A stretch of DNA of 64,000 nucleotides from the human T2T-CHM13v2.0 reference genome, Homo sapiens. The position numbers and the translations under genes were made by a program. The DNA is taken from assembly GCA_009914755.4 (NCBI GenBank), contig CP086569.2, forward strand, positions 25,440,001 to 25,504,000, in the 5' to 3' direction. The notes under the pieces are model-generated. The model did no database searches, was not told where the DNA came from, and saw nothing but the letters and a program-made list of their open reading frames with translations. The number at the start of each line of letters is the position of its first letter. The first letter of the stretch is position 1. Shown here one piece after another: positions 1-14,820 of this stretch.

Positions 1-1305
1 CTCTCCCTATTGTTGCCAAAATAACTGCCTCTGATCTGTTTTTGTTTGCATCCCAGGCCCCAGACTAGCATGTAAGATGCCTTTGAGAAGTCCTAGAACA
101 CTGCAGTCAAGGTGGACGTTGGAAAATAAAAAGGCTTATTGAATTTTCTATCTTTTCAAAGAATCAGCTCCTGGTATTAACACTATTTCTACTGCTATTC
201 TGTTTTCTGTTCATTAATTTCTGCTTTTATCTTTATTTTATTTCATTCCTTCTACTTACTTTGGGCTTACTCTGTTTTCAACTTCTTGAGTTGAAAGATT
301 AACTCATTTATTTTCACTTTTTCTAATTTTTTAACCTTAAACATGTATTTAAGGTTATAGTTTTCTCTCTTTAGCTACTTTACAAGATCTAATGTGGAGT
401 AATTTCATTGTCGTTCAGCTCTAAATATTTTGTAATTCTCATTATAATTACCTCCTTACCCATGCAGTATCTACAAGGAAGTTTATCAGAAGTATTCTTT
501 TCTTCTTCAGCTAACTTTTTGTTGCCATTACAAAAAAACTATAACCCCTCCATAATCTCAATTCTGTATCTCCACATCCTATTTTTCCAGCTTATTCTTT
601 CTACTAGGGTGATCCTGAACTACTGTGCATTGTTCAACCTCATGGAATCTCCACTGACTCTCATGCTCTTGATGTCCCTTCACTCTCCTCTTTATCGAGA
701 TTACATTCCATGATTTATCATTATTATCATCACTCTCCCCTCTCTCCCTTTATAGTGCTTGGCAAAACTACAACCTTGTTTAAATCCAATTTTCTGCCTA
801 CTCCACACCTGCACCTGTGCAACTAAATGTGGCTGGAAAAAAACATACAACCATGCTCATTGGTCTCAATTTAAATTCATTACTTTGAACCTTTAGTGGA
901 CTCTAATGCACACAAAGATACTTCCCTAGTCCATTTACTTTCCTAGATAAATACTTTACCCCTTTCCCTTTTAACTCAAACACCCAACACTTCCTTCCTC
1001 GTGTTCTTTCTTGGCTGCTGGTCTTGCTTTCTACTTCACTAAGAAAATTGAAGCAATCAGAAAAGAACTTCCACAAACTATTACCACATTTAACCACCCT
1101 TTACCATCTTCTCACTTGTTACCATTGATGAACCTAACGTGCTTCTATTTGAAGTCAAATCCTTCAACTTGTACTCTAGACCCTACTCAAGGACCTCATT
1201 ACAGCAGTTCTCCATTCTTCCTCCCACATCATCTTTTTGTTGTTGTTGTTCTCCATTGGTATCATTCTCACAAGCAAACATGTAGCTTAAAAAACACCCT
1301 TTTCT

Positions 1306-1700
<395 letters not shown>

Positions 1701-2114
1701 TCAATGTTTTCAACTCCTCTCTTCTCAATGTGGCTTAAAATTACTTCAGTCAGGCTTTCTGTCCCACTATTCTAACAAAACCACTCTTATCAAGGTCTTA
1801 ATGTTATCAAAATCAATGGTCAGTTCTTAGTCTTCATCTTATATGACCCTAACAGCAACATTTAACACTGTTGACAACTACCTCTTTCTTGATACATTTT
1901 TTTTTTTTCACTCACACTGGAAAGGACACAAGATACTTCTTGGGCCCTCTTCCCTTTTCTGTATTTTCTTTCTGTTATCTGATACAGTCTTATAGCTCTA
2001 AATATCATCTAAATACTCTACAGCATTTTGGCAGATCTGTTTAACCAAACTGCCAAAATTTCCAGTTGGAAATCTAACAGTTATCTCAAACCAACATATC
2101 TAAAACTGGATTCT

Positions 2115-2418
2115 GGCCACGTGTGGTGGCTCACACCTGTAATCCCAGCACTTTGGGAAGCCAAGGTGGGCAGATCACTTGAGGTCAGGAGAGTTCTAGA
2201 CCAGCCTGGGTAACACGGTGAAACCCCAACTCTACTAAAAATACAAAAATTAGCTGGGTGTGGTGGCAGACACCTGTAATCCCAGTTACTCAGGAGGCAG
2301 AGGCAGGAGAATCACTTTGAACCCAGGAGGCAGAGGTTGCAGTGAGCCAAGATCGAGTCACTGCACTCCAACCTGGGTGAGAGAGCGAGACCCTGTCCAA
2401 AAAATAAAAAAAAAAAAA
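2115..2418 (+). mobile_element. Alu SINE with poly(A) tail. TSD is aaaactggattct before and aaaattggattcct after.
   Basis: Starts ggccacgtgtggtggctcacacctgtaatcccagcactttgggaagccaaggtggg, ends ...gagaccctgtccaaaaaataaaaaaaaaaaaa. Confidence 0.93.
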
Positions 2419-2943
2419 TTGGATTCCTAAGAAGTCATTATATGAAAAAAATACTTCCACGTGCATGTTTACAGCAGCACAATCTGCAATTGCAAAAATT
2501 TGGAACAAGCCCAAATGCCCATCAGTCAATGAGTGGATAAAGAAATTGTGGTATATATATATACACCATGGAATACTACTCAGCCATAAAAAGGAATGAA
2601 ATAATGGCATTTGCAGTGACTTGGATGGAATTGGAGACCATTATTCTAAGTGAAGTAACTCAGGAACTGAAAACCAAACATTGTATGTTCTCACTCATAA
2701 GAAGGAGCTAAGCTATCAGGATGAAAAGGTGTAAGAATGACACAGTGGACTTTGGGGACTCAGGGGAAAGTATGAGAGGGTGGTAAGGGATAAAAGACTA
2801 CACATTGGGTACAGTGTACACTGCTTGGATGATGGGAGCACCAAAATCTCAGAAATCACAGTAAAGAACTTATTCATATAACCAGATTACCTGTTCCCCC
2901 AAAATCTATGGAAAAAAAAATTAAATAAATAAATAAATAAGAT
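2419..2943 (+). mobile_element. L1 3' end (ORF2 C-terminus plus 3'UTR), older primate subfamily (L1PB-like). Ends in (AAAT)n.
   Basis: ...caatgagtggataaagaaattgtggtatatatatatacaccatggaatactactcagccataaaaaggaatgaaataatg...ggataaaagactacacattgggtacagtgtacactgcttgg...ccaaaatctatggaaaaaaaaattaaataaataaataaataa. Same subtype as the copy at 15490..16172. Confidence 0.85.
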
Positions 2944-3289
2944 TGGCTTCCTAGTTTTCTTCCCCAACCTGCTTCATTTGTAGCCTCCCCCATGTCAGTT
3001 GATGGAAACTCTATCCTATCAGTTGCTTAGGTCAAAAACCTTGGAATCATCTACAATTCCTCCCTCTTTCTGTCACACCCCACAAGCCCTTCCAGGAAAT
3101 GTTGGCTCTACCTTCAAATATATCCAGAATCTTACCAACTTTCAACAACTGTATTGCTACCATGTGATCCAAGCCCCTATCATCATTTCTTGCCTGGATT
3201 ACTGAAATAGCTGCTCAGCTGCTACCTTTGTCTGAAGTCTAATCTCAACACAGCAGCTTGAATGATTCTTTTAAAACTTAAGTCAGATC

Positions 3290-3595
<306 letters not shown>

Positions 3596-4039
3596 TCAGA
3601 TCACATCACTCCTCTACTCAAAATCCTGCAATGGCACCTCATTTTGTGCATAGTAAATGACAAAGGCCTATGACGCTCTACATTCAGATGATCTGATTCT
3701 CTTTCCTGCTACTCTCACCTGTCATTTATTTCATGTGTCAGTACTTTCCCACCATATGGCCTTTGCTCTAGCTGTAACCTCTTGCTAGAGGACCTCACTA
3801 CACTACATCTGAAGAAATGTTCTTCCTTCAGATATCTTTGTGGCTAACTTCTTCTGCTTCTTTAAATCTCAACCTGTCAATAAGATATACTCAGACCCAC
3901 TGTTTGTATTACAACCTGTACTTTCTCCATCCAATCCTCTTTATTCAATTCTCCTTTTTAGTTTTTTTTCCAAACTGCATCAGTGTCTAACATATTATAT
4001 ACTTTATTATGTTTGTTGTTTATTGTCTGCCTTTTCGTC

Positions 4040-4180
4040 TTACTCCCTGCTAGAATGTACACTTCAACAGGTCAGGATTATTGTCTATACTGTTGACTAA
4101 AGGATTCCAAGAGCCTCGAACAATATCTGGCAAATATTGGACAAATACGTATTTGTTGAATGAATAAGTGAATGTTGATT
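4040..4180 (+). repeat. MIR-family SINE fragment (3' region)
   Basis: ...ctgctagaatgtacacttcaacaggtcagg...caatatctggcaaatattggacaaatacgtatttgttgaatgaataagtgaatg resembles the ctagaatgtaagctccatgagggcagg...aataaatatttgttgaatgaatgaa consensus segment. Similar fragments lie at 24640..24770, 16480..16580 and 34880..35000(-). Confidence 0.5.
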
Positions 4181-7100
4181 TTTCATTTAGCATGGTCACA
4201 ATACACATGCCCTATGTGTGCTATATATCTGTTAGATTAAGCTGGTTAATTATGTTGTTCAAATCCTTTATGTTCTTGAGTATTTTTGACTGTTTGATAT
4301 ACTGGTTTCTAAGAGAGGTGTGTTAAAATCTGCAACACTGACTGTGGATAGGCTATTTCTTGATAATTCTGTCGGTTTTGTTTTATATATTTTGAGAGTA
4401 TATTTTCAGTATCTAGAGTCATTTTATATCATCTTCGTGGATTGTTACCTATTTATAAGCGAGACATATATTTCTGTCATTTGATGTTTTTAGGCAAAAA
4501 CATGTTCATGTTTCAAATGATGTTCATGCTGCCACCTTTCACTAGGTGGTAATCAAGAGAAAATTTTTCCTGTCCTATACTTGTATTTTTTTATCTTTCA
4601 GTGTTACTTTTAAAACAGCATATGGAAGGATAATCTATCTCTCTGGCTTTGTAGATTAATTTATATTATGATTACTTACATGTTTTATTTTGTATTTCCT
4701 ATTTCCATGTTTTTCCTTTGCTTCTTTTTATCTTCTTTCCTGCCCTCTATTGAATGGAGTGATAGCATTTAAAATATTACCTATCTTTTCTCTTTCCCCT
4801 ACTGATTAAGGACTTGTACCTTCTATTTCTATATTTCTATTACTGTACTGGATACCCTTATATTTAACATACTTATTTAAATATATATTTTTTAAAAGTC
4901 TATAACATTAATCTGTATCTTTTCTACTCAAAACAAGGACTTCAGCACACATTTACATCTTTAATACCATATTATTATTGCTAAGATTTAGTTCTAGCTT
5001 TTGAAGCATATTAGCTTTATCTCATATTTTAACACTCTTTGCTTTTGTATTCCACTTCTTTCTGCATTTATTTTTGTCTTTGCTGAAGAACATCCTTTAG
5101 TTCTCTTGTCACCAAGAGTTTGTGAGTTGAAAACTTAGCTTTGTGTATCTGAAGATGCGTTTATTTTGCTCCCACTCTGTATATAAACCACTGTATGAAA
5201 CTGTAAGCTCACAGTTATTTGTCTACAGCACTTTGAAGATACTAGTCAGTTTTCTGGTATCTACTGTTGCCAAAGCCTACTGCCAGTTTGACTACCATTC
5301 CATTATTCAGAATTTTTTGTTATACTTGTATTCAGAATTTCAGATTTTCTCTTTATCATTAATTTCCTATGATTTTATTATCATGTATGTAGTTGTGGAT
5401 TTATCTATCCTGTGTTACATGTGGCAGCATTTTCTATTTTGAAGACTCAGCTTCATTTCTGAAAAAATTCTTAGCTGCAGTTATTGTTATTATTATTGCC
5501 ACTTTTTTATTCATTCTTTTTTCTCCTTTGTAACTCCTAGCAGATGTATGTTGGAGCTCCTCAGGTCATCTTTCATGTCCATCTTTCTCTTTCATTTTCT
5601 TCTAACTCTCTCTAAACTGCATTCTGAAAGATTTTCTCAGTTCTTTTTCCTAATTCTCTAATTTTCTCTTAAGCTATAGAAAGTATGTGCAGTCTAACTG
5701 TTCTTTTACTTCAATATTGTATTTTTACATTTCAATATAATATTTTTCACTTCAAGATGTCTAAATGCTTCTTTCTCACAGCTTTCTCTTCTTGTTTCAT
5801 TATCTATTCTTCATTCTGTAAAATGTAATTTCTTCTGAACATATATTGATAATTTTAACTTATTTTTAAACTCTCATCAGATTGTTCTTCTTTTCTCAGG
5901 TATAAATTCTCTAATTTGTTGGGTTCTCTTGACTGCTTTTTCATGATCTTAGGTTTTACTGGGTTCTTTGTAATGTTTTGGGGGCTCAATTTTTATGATA
6001 ACTAAAAAATGTAAGTACCTGTATCTACAGGGCAGTTTTAAGTTGCCTCAGCTTAAATCTGATAATGTGCCAACCTTGAACCAGACCTTAAGTTGGTAGC
6101 TCTGGGCCTTCTTTCCTCCTAGGTAGCCCAGTTCTGAATTTTTAGCCCAAAAGTATTTTGGGTCCAAGTTCTATCTTGAGTGGTTTCCTGCGCTTGCTTG
6201 TGACTGCCAATTATTCTTTACTTCCGCTCAGGAACAAGCAGCATATTCCTGGCTGTGACACTGCTGGGATAAGTTAGATTAACCCAGCTCCTATTTGTAT
6301 TGTGCTCTTGGGTCCTGGGTTCATGCACAGACAGGATCATTGCAAAAAAACCTGGTCCCAATTGCCCATATCCATTCATAGCACCCCCCGATCCCCTACC
6401 ATCACAGTGGCTTTTCTATTACTGGCCAAAAGACACTTTCCTTTCTTATTTTTAAGAATAACTATGTATTTTTAAAAAACTTTAAAAATATTTATGCATA
6501 ATTTCTCTGTTTTTGAATGAGAGGAATAAGATTCAGGAGTATTCACTCTGCCACCCTGACCTAGAAGTCCCAGAGTAGCTTTCACTTTTGAAATAACAGC
6601 AGTTCAATTTTCCTGACCTCACCAGTCTGTAAACATTAGCATATATACCCAAAGTGCAAACTTGAATAAGCTGTAGTAGAGACAAATTTCCATTATTTGG
6701 AATTTGTTTACATTGAAATAAATAATAGATGTACTAGGAAATCAGAAATGGAAGGAAGATGACTTTTAAAAGGTTAAGAAACTTGGGACAGCAGCAGACT
6801 TTACTGTAAAGCTTATGTACAAACTCCATCACTGCTTCCCATAAATGGAATCAGACTGAGCAAAGAAGAGGGTACTTTCCACAGCACCAGGAAGAGCCAC
6901 TGCAGCCAGCAGAGTCCTGTAATAAGTACCAACCTGCACTCCTGCACCTGGAAGACAGCCATCAGCTTAGTGGAAAGAATGCTGGACTGGGAATTCAGAA
7001 ATGTTCTAGTTCATTTTCTACCACTTAGTCATTGTACAGCTTAGGCTAAGCCAGGCTCTCTTTTGGGCCCCAGGTTTTCCATCTGTAAAATAAGAGAGTT

Positions 7101-7723
7101 GGGCTAGAACAACTTCTGATGTACCTTCCAGAAATAATTTTCTATGACCTTAACAGTTTGGTACTTTATAAGTAGGTTGAGTCCTCCATTCTTCAGCTTG
7201 CTCAGTAATAATCTGCCAGGTAAAAGAAGAAAATCATGTGTTTCTGAAATCAGTTTTCAAATCAAATGAAAGAATCACTAGATGCATATTTTTGTTTGAT
7301 CACCACTCTACAAAGGAACAGCCTGGTAGCTGGGTGAAGTTTCTGTGTGGGTGTACACACAATCTAAATTTTAAATAGAAAAAGCAAACCAACCCAGACC
7401 AAAACAAAAACCCTCCATACAAGTCCCAGACACAACAAATGGTAAGAGTTCTTTTCTACAAACATGTCTGTTTCTAAGAGCTGAGAAGACCAAAAAAGAA
7501 AAAAATGTATCAAAATGACCAGATATAAGTGTAGATAAAGAAAAAACTAAGGAGCATGCAGCAAAGTTACAGGATATGAGAGATTTGACTCTGCACACTG
7601 CAAAGTCTGTACAATTAGAAATTTCATGCTAACAGAAATGTAGGGAAGACAATGAGAAAAGAAAGGATAAAATTGGAGTTCCACTAGATGGAAGTTAAGA
7701 GTGGATTAAGAATTTTTAAATTG

Positions 7724-8033
7724 AGGCCAGGCACAGTGGTTCACGCCTGTAATCCCAGCACTTTGGGAGGCAGAGGCGGGCGGATCACTTGAGGCCAGGA
7801 GCTTGAGATCAGCCTGGCCAACAGAGCAAAACCCCATCTTTACTAAAAATACAGAAAAAAAAATTTAGCTGGGTGTAGTGGTGAACACCTATACTCCCAG
7901 CTACTCAGGAGGTGGAGGCATGAGAATCGCTTGAACTCTAGAGGCGGAGACTGAAGTGAGCCAAGATCATAGAACTGCACTCCAGCCTGGGTGACAGAGT
8001 GAGACCCTGTCTCAAAAGAAAAAGAAAAAAAAA
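7724..8033 (+). mobile_element. Alu SINE with A-rich tail
   Basis: gaggccaggcacagtggttcacgcctgtaatcccagcactttgggaggcagaggcgggcggatcacttgaggccaggagcttgagatcagcctggccaaca...ctgggtgacagagtgagaccctgtctcaaaagaaaaagaaaaaaaaa. Possible TSD is aatttttaaattg before and aatttaaaattg after. Confidence 0.92.
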
Positions 8034-9357
8034 TTTAAAATTGGGTTGAAGTGGCAAGGAAAACTCAAGATTAAATCTCAGAGCTTTCTAGAGCCTTGAC
8101 TATCAACCACAATAAAAATTTATATGAATTGTTTAATTTCACCACAATGCAGTAAAAAACCAAACTGATTCAGATTTTATAGGTCTGAAGGATGGAAAGT
8201 TGGCACACAACTAGCCATAATCCCGAGTCTTCAAATAACATACTAAAGACATACTGTTTTCAAAAAAAACAACAAAAAGCATCTTATCATCTACATTGCT
8301 ATTTGTGAGGCACAGTGTATTGCATCGACACTGCTACGTATGTATAGACAGACTATATTAAGGGTGAGTGTCCAGCAGATTTCTATCCACTATTGCATAC
8401 TTCCACCACAGCTGAAATAGCCAATCAGTCAAAAGAGAGGGATAAAGTTCTCTGACAAAATTCCCACTCAGTTCACGAAATAGCCACTGAGCAGTCTTCA
8501 CTTTCATGCAAACTTTTTGTAAGTGTGTTACTAAAGCATCAAGGGGGGAAAAATTACACAAATAACAAGGCCTCATTAAAGAGAATTTGGGAAATAAAGA
8601 AAAGCAGAAAAAAAGTCACGCTTAGTCTCATCACAGAAATACAGCCACTGCTAACACTTTGCTCACTTTCTCCCTGGTCTCTTTACCTGGGCCTGCTACA
8701 TCCTTATGGTTGTAATCATATGATATATACAATTGTGTATCTAGTTCATTTAGTAATACTATACTGTAAGCATTTATCCAAGTTATTATACTATCTTTGT
8801 AACTCACTTTTAAATGGCTGCCTTATAATCCACTCTATTTTAAGGAAACACCCCTAAATGTTGGTGGGGAATGGTAAAGCAAACTATGATTCACAGTGTT
8901 CCATTAGACGGATAAATCATAGTTTACTTAACTGCTGCGAGAATACTGCACAGTAGGCTGTTTCCAATATTTCCGCTATTATAAATAGCTAAACCAGCTA
9001 AATCTGTTTTGTTCAATAGTGCCTAATAGCCTTCCATATAGTAGGTACTCAAGTATTTGTAGAATGAATATTTACAGGGCTGCCTATATAGAACATACCT
9101 TTTGATAACAATTTTTGTGCATAAAATCCCCCTCCTTCCCATATTTAGAACTGTTTCCCAGAGATACATTTTCATAGGGTGCTATTCTGGGTCAATTTTG
9201 GACTTTTGTCAATCTAGCCATTTGCTCCTCAGAAAATAATGACTAATTTGCATTCCCAACAGTAAAATATGGGAAGGCCCGTTTCACCACATTCTTAGCT
9301 AAATTGGGCATTATCTTTTCAAAGTCTTTGCCTATCATGATTGCTAAAAAAATATTA

Positions 9358-9733
<376 letters not shown>

Positions 9734-11084
9734 CTATTTTGAAATAGCTTTCTAATAATCACAATCTAAATCTACTTTATTCCTGAAAGGTCAGTTGTGG
9801 GTTGCAGTAACAACAAAAGCCCCAATATTTTTAGGAAATAAATTCTGGAAGGAACTTAAGGAACTAACGTAAATACATTGCTGAGAACAGTTTATTCACA
9901 GAGCAAGTCTGGAACACTGTAATGTGCTTTTACTAATGGTAAAGTTGGAGGCTAGAGTTCTCAGTTCCTCATTCTTTCTTCATATTTATCTGTTATATAG
10001 TTTTGTTTTTTTTGTGATATTTGTCTGTGGGTGCTGCTGTAATTTGCGAGGGGAGAGCTGGGAGGAAAAGATTCCTTTAATACTTCTTCTAAAACTTTTC
10101 TTTTAGGAAATCATTCTAGATTAACCCAGAAACTCTTAAGAGCTGTTTTCCACAACTGTACTCTGTAAAAACTTCTTTAGCCCAGATAATCTTGGGGTGA
10201 CTTAGCAGAACTTTGTTAACCCTGAATTAGACTTTCTCTCTGAAAATATTTTGTAAACAAGTAAGCTAGACACAGAAAAGGCAGAAGCATATTCAGAGAA
10301 AAAATGTAGGTCTGGGCAACATTACCAGTAATGAGAACCTGATGAAAACTGACAATCACACCTCACTAACTAATCCAATAACTAGCTCTTTTCATAACTG
10401 TCAGCATAACATGTGGAAAATGCTCCTCTGCAGCAGAAGTATAATTGCCTTTCATTCCTTCGAGATGCTCTTGCAGGAGTAGGCAAGAATGTTGATCTGC
10501 CATCTATTCTTAACAAGGAGAGAAAGCAGAAATGTGGACTAAGGATTGTTAGGGGAAAGCAATTTAGATGGAATCAGGTACTACAATGTGCCAAATGATA
10601 TGATGATTAGATCTGTTTGAACCCTGTTTAAGCCTTTATGAGGATTTTTTTTTAATGGCAAACTATCTTGGAGCTCTGCCCACAAGGCAAATGGCTACTA
10701 ACCAAAGACTATTTATTTGCAGAAAATCCATCAAAGTCGTTACATGCAGATGAGTCACAAAGAGAAGATATCATCCTTTCATGATCCCCAGCCCCACTTC
10801 ACCAAACTGCTCTCACAAGTCAGCAACATCTCCTTACTGGCAAACCTATGATGGCTCTCAAACTACTGGATGTGATTACAGAGGACTATTGGTAGCTATA
10901 ATTTATCTTTCCAACCCTTTATCTCTTTCTCTTCTTTTGATAACAGAATCCGTATTTCCTGTGGGGAATCTATTCCACTTAGCTGACCCTCTCCTAACCC
11001 TACCCCTATAACAAGTGGTAGCTGCTGCTCTTGTTTCTTCTTCATCACTATGACCAGCACTACCACTATTGTTATCATTATGAT

Positions 11085-11320
11085 CATCATGGCGGCTAAG
11101 ATTTATTGATAATTTACTATGTGCCAGACACTGTTCTGTCCACTTTATATGTATTATCTCATTTAAAGAAATGACCTATGTGATAAGTACTATGATTTCT
11201 CTCATTTTAAAGTTGAGGAAACTGAGACACAGGGAGTATATAATTTGGCAAGGTTACACAGTAAGTAGCAGAGGAGGGACTTGAATTAAACTTGGTTTCA
11301 GGGTTCAGGCTTCACTGCCT
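11085..11320 (-). mobile_element. MIR SINE (minus orientation)
   Basis: ...gatttattgataatttactatgtgccagacactgttctg...tctcattttaaagttgaggaaactgagacacagggagtatataatttggcaaggttacacagtaagtagcagaggagggacttgaattaaacttggtttcagggttcagg is the reverse complement of the MIR core plus 3' region. Confidence 0.75.
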
Positions 11321-11414
11321 CTCTCGCTAAATCTCATCTAATTTCTGGCTATAGAAATTGGTTCAGGGAAGTTCATCTGATGCAGGAAAGGTCAATCGGA
11401 TATACCAACACTAC

Positions 11415-11724
11415 GAGGCCAGGTGTCGTGGTGCACACCTGTAATCCCAACATTTTGGAAGGCCAAGGTGGGAGGACAACATAAGCCCAGGAGTTTGAGA
11501 CCAGCCTAGGCAACACAGTGAGACTCCATCTCTACAAAAAATAAAAAGAATTAGCTGAGCATGGTGGCACACATCTATCGTCTCAGCTACTTGGGAGGCT
11601 GATCACTTGAGCCTAGGAGGTAGAGGCTGCAGTGACCCGTGATCACACTATGGACTCCAGCCTGAGTAACAGAGCAAGATCCTGTCTGCAAAAACCAAAA
11701 CCAAAACCAAAACCAAAAAAAAAA
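11415..11724 (+). mobile_element. Alu SINE, older and more diverged (AluJ-like), with internal deletion and a (CAAAAC)n/poly(A) tail
   Basis: gaggccaggtgtcgtggtgcacacctgtaatcccaacattttggaaggccaaggtgggaggacaacataagcccaggagtttgagaccagcctaggcaacacagtgagactccatctctacaaaaaataaaaagaattagctgagcatggtggcacacatctatcgtctcagctacttgggaggctgatcacttgagcctaggagg...caaaaaccaaaaccaaaaccaaaaccaaaaaaaaaa. Confidence 0.88.
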
Positions 11725-11960
11725 GGTATATGGACACTAGGATAGAGAAGGTCTTTCTTCCTCTGAAGCCTATGCAAAGAAGGCAGCAGGGATCTGATAA
11801 GTTTCAGCTTCCTAGATTTAGCTATGCCTGAAGCTAGGCCAGGCTAAATATGCAGATTTTCTAGCTACATAAGCCTATATGCTTGAGCTATAAGAAGTTA
11901 AGTTTCTGTCACACTGAGTCTTTGAAAGTTTTCATTCCCTTGTTTGGTTGAATACTACTC

Positions 11961-12489
11961 TTTTTTTAAAAAACAAACACTTTTATTTTAGGTTCTGGAG
12001 TACATGTGAAGGTTTGTTATATAGGTAAACTTGTGTCACAGGGGTTTGTTGCATAGATTAATCACCCATGTATTATGCCTAGTACCCAATAGTGATCTTT
12101 TCTGCTCCTCTCCCTCCTCCTACCCTCCACCCTGAAGTAGACCCCAGTGTCTGTTGTTTCCTTCTTTGTGTTCATAAGTTCTCATCACTTAGCTTCCATT
12201 TATAAGTGACAACATGTGGTATTTGGTTTTCTGTTCCTGCATTAGTTTGCTAAGGATAATGGCTTCCAGATCCATCCTTGTTCCCACAAAAGACATGATC
12301 TCACTCTTTTTTATGGCTGCATAGTATTCTAAGGTGTATATGTACCATATTTTCTTTATCCAGTCTGTCACTGATGGGCATTTAGGTTGACTCTATGTCT
12401 TTGCTATTGTGAATAGTGCTACAATGAACATTCACATGCATGTGTCTTTAGGGTAGAATGATTTATATTCCTTTGAGTATATACCCAGC
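11961..12489 (-). mobile_element. L1 3' segment on the minus strand, matching approximately L1 nt 5300..3' end and carrying the poly(A) (seen as T-run 11961..11967). This is the directly oriented part of a twin-primed L1.
   Basis: Reverse complement of the L1 3'UTR and ORF2 C-terminus: cttttattttaggttctggagtacatgtgaaggtttgttatataggtaaacttgtgtcacaggggtttgttgcatagattaatcacccatgtattatgcctagtacccaatag...ctttgagtatatacccagc. ORF 12189..12371(-) translates to an L1 ORF2 C-terminal peptide (...DWIKKIWYIYTLEYYAAIKKSEIMSFVGTRMDLEAIILSKL...). Confidence 0.88.
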
Positions 12490-13325
12490 ACATAGACCAA
12501 TGGAATAGAATAGAGAGCCCTGAAATAAGGTTGCACACCTACAACCATCTGATCTTTGACAAAGCTGACAAAAACAAGCAATGGGGAAAAGACTTCCTAT
12601 TCAGTAAATGGTGCTGGGATAACTGTCTAGCCATATGCAAAAGACTGAAGCTAGCCACCTTCCTTGCACCATATACAAAAATCAACTCAGGATGGATTAA
12701 AGACTTAAATGTAAACCCCAAACTATAAAAACCCTGGAGACAACCTAGGCAATACCATCCTGGACATAGAAATGGGCAAAGATTTCATGACAAGGACACC
12801 AAACGCAATCGCAAAAAAAGCAAAAACTGACTAGTAGGATCTAATTGAACTTACGGGCTTCTGCACAGCAAAAGAAACTATCAACAGAGTACAGACAACC
12901 TACAGAATAGGAGAAAATATTTGCAAACTATGCATCTGACAAAGGTCTAATATCTAGCATCTATAAGAAACTTAAATTTACAAGAGAAAAACAAAACCCA
13001 ATTAAAAATGGGCAAAGGACAGGAACAGAGACTTTTCAAAAGAAGACATACATGCAGTCAACAAGCATATGAAAAAAAAGCTCAATATCGCTGATCATTA
13101 GAGAAATGCAAATCAAAACCACAATGAGATACCATCTCACACCAGTCAGAATGGCTATTAGTAAAAAGCAAAAAAAAAAAAAAAACAAAAAAACAAAACA
13201 AAACAAAACAAAAACCAGATGCTGGCAAGGTTGCAGAAAAAAGGAAATGCTTATACACTATTGGTGGGAGTATTCACTGTGTAAAGCAGTGCTGGCAATT
13301 CCTCAAAGAGCTAAAAGCAGAACTC
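12490..13325 (+). mobile_element. L1 ORF2 segment (approximately L1 nt 4560..5280) on the plus strand. This is the inverted 5' part of the same twin-primed L1, and it contains an internal (CAAAA)n/A-rich microsatellite expansion at 13147..13215.
   Basis: acatagaccaatggaatagaatagagagccctgaaataaggttgcacacctacaaccatctgatctttgacaaagctgacaaaaacaagcaatggggaaaagacttcctattcagtaaatggtgctgggataactgtctagccatatgcaaaagactgaagctagc...gaaatgcaaatcaaaaccacaatgagataccatctcacaccagtcagaatggctattagtaaaaag...ccagatgctggcaaggttgcagaaaaaaggaaatgcttatacactattggtgggag. It abuts the minus segment at 12489/12490. Confidence 0.85.
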
Positions 13326-13938
13326 TCCTTTCCAGGCTCTTTTCCTTCTTCTCTGACCATTTCCCTGCAGATCTCTTCCATAGGTACCTCTCCCCTTCTG
13401 CCATCTCAAACAGTGGTGTGCCCTGGCTCTGTTCTAAACTGTGTACTCTTTTCATAGCAGTGGCCCTCCTTAGCACCCCACAATCATTCTGATAATTGGC
13501 CTTCCCTGGGGAACATGTTCCTTTTGCTTGCCCTTGCTTCAGAATCATTGAGACATTGAACCACAGTTACACAGTGAGTACCTCATATCCATCAGAATGC
13601 TGGGGAAGAAAAGAAGTTGGGAATCACTGTTCTAAAAGTTAATCTTGGGAAATGTATTTTTCATAGCTTAAAACTATTATCAGCAACCTGATACCTTCCA
13701 ACTCTTTATCTCTAGCCCTGGAACTTCCCTATACTTCATACCCATGTATCTAATTGCCTATAGGACATTTACTTTCTTATGTCTGATAGGTACCTTGAAC
13801 TCAGCATGTCCAAAAGCAAAATCATTATCTTCATCCCCAAACATATTCTTCCTCCTGAATTCTCAATCCTATTAATGGCATATTATCTATGCAGTCATCA
13901 TAATAAAAAATGAATATCATGCATTGCATTGTTCTCTA

Positions 13939-14347
<409 letters not shown>

Positions 14348-14691
14348 TTAAAGATAAATTCACAGTGCTAGGGGAAACCTAGTCTGGTCCAGGGAGGGGG
14401 TCAAAGGAAGGCTTCTTAGGGGAGGTGGTGCTTAACCTAAAACATGAATATGTTTTTAAAAAGTGGAGTAGGCAGAGGAAGAGGCAGTAAAGTAAGAGGA
14501 AGAGAATTCTAAAGAATGAAAATAACATGTATGAAAGCTCAAAGATGGGAGGAGGGGAGACTGATGAAATACTACCATATGAGCTGCCTTTATTTATTTA
14601 AAAATTTACCAAATGTAGGCACTGTGCTAAACCCTTTATATACATTATTACTGCTGTTCCTTATATCAAGCCTATAAAACAAGGATAATAG

Positions 14692-14820
14692 TCTCATTTT
14701 TACAGATTAAAGAACTTTCAGAGCTCAGAGAGGTTAAATTACTTTTCCAAGACCACCCAGCTAATAAGAGACGCAACAAGCTTTGAACCTAGGTCTTCTG
14801 GCTCCAAAGCCAATTCCATG
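14692..14820 (-). mobile_element. MIR SINE fragment (minus)
   Basis: tctcatttttacagattaaagaactttcagagctcagagaggttaaattacttttccaagaccacccagctaataagagacgcaacaagctttgaacctaggtcttctggctccaaagcc matches the MIR core (ttttacagatgaggaaactgaggcacagagaggttaagtaacttgcccaaggtcacacagc...). Confidence 0.7.

Noticed and set aside
408-713. 101-aa plus-strand ORF in unique sequence near the window start
   Set aside because: It is a low-complexity, hydrophobic, AT-rich stretch (MSFSSKYFVILIIITSLPMQYLQGS...). There is no start context and no splice signals. The length is expected by chance in AT-rich DNA lacking stops in one frame.
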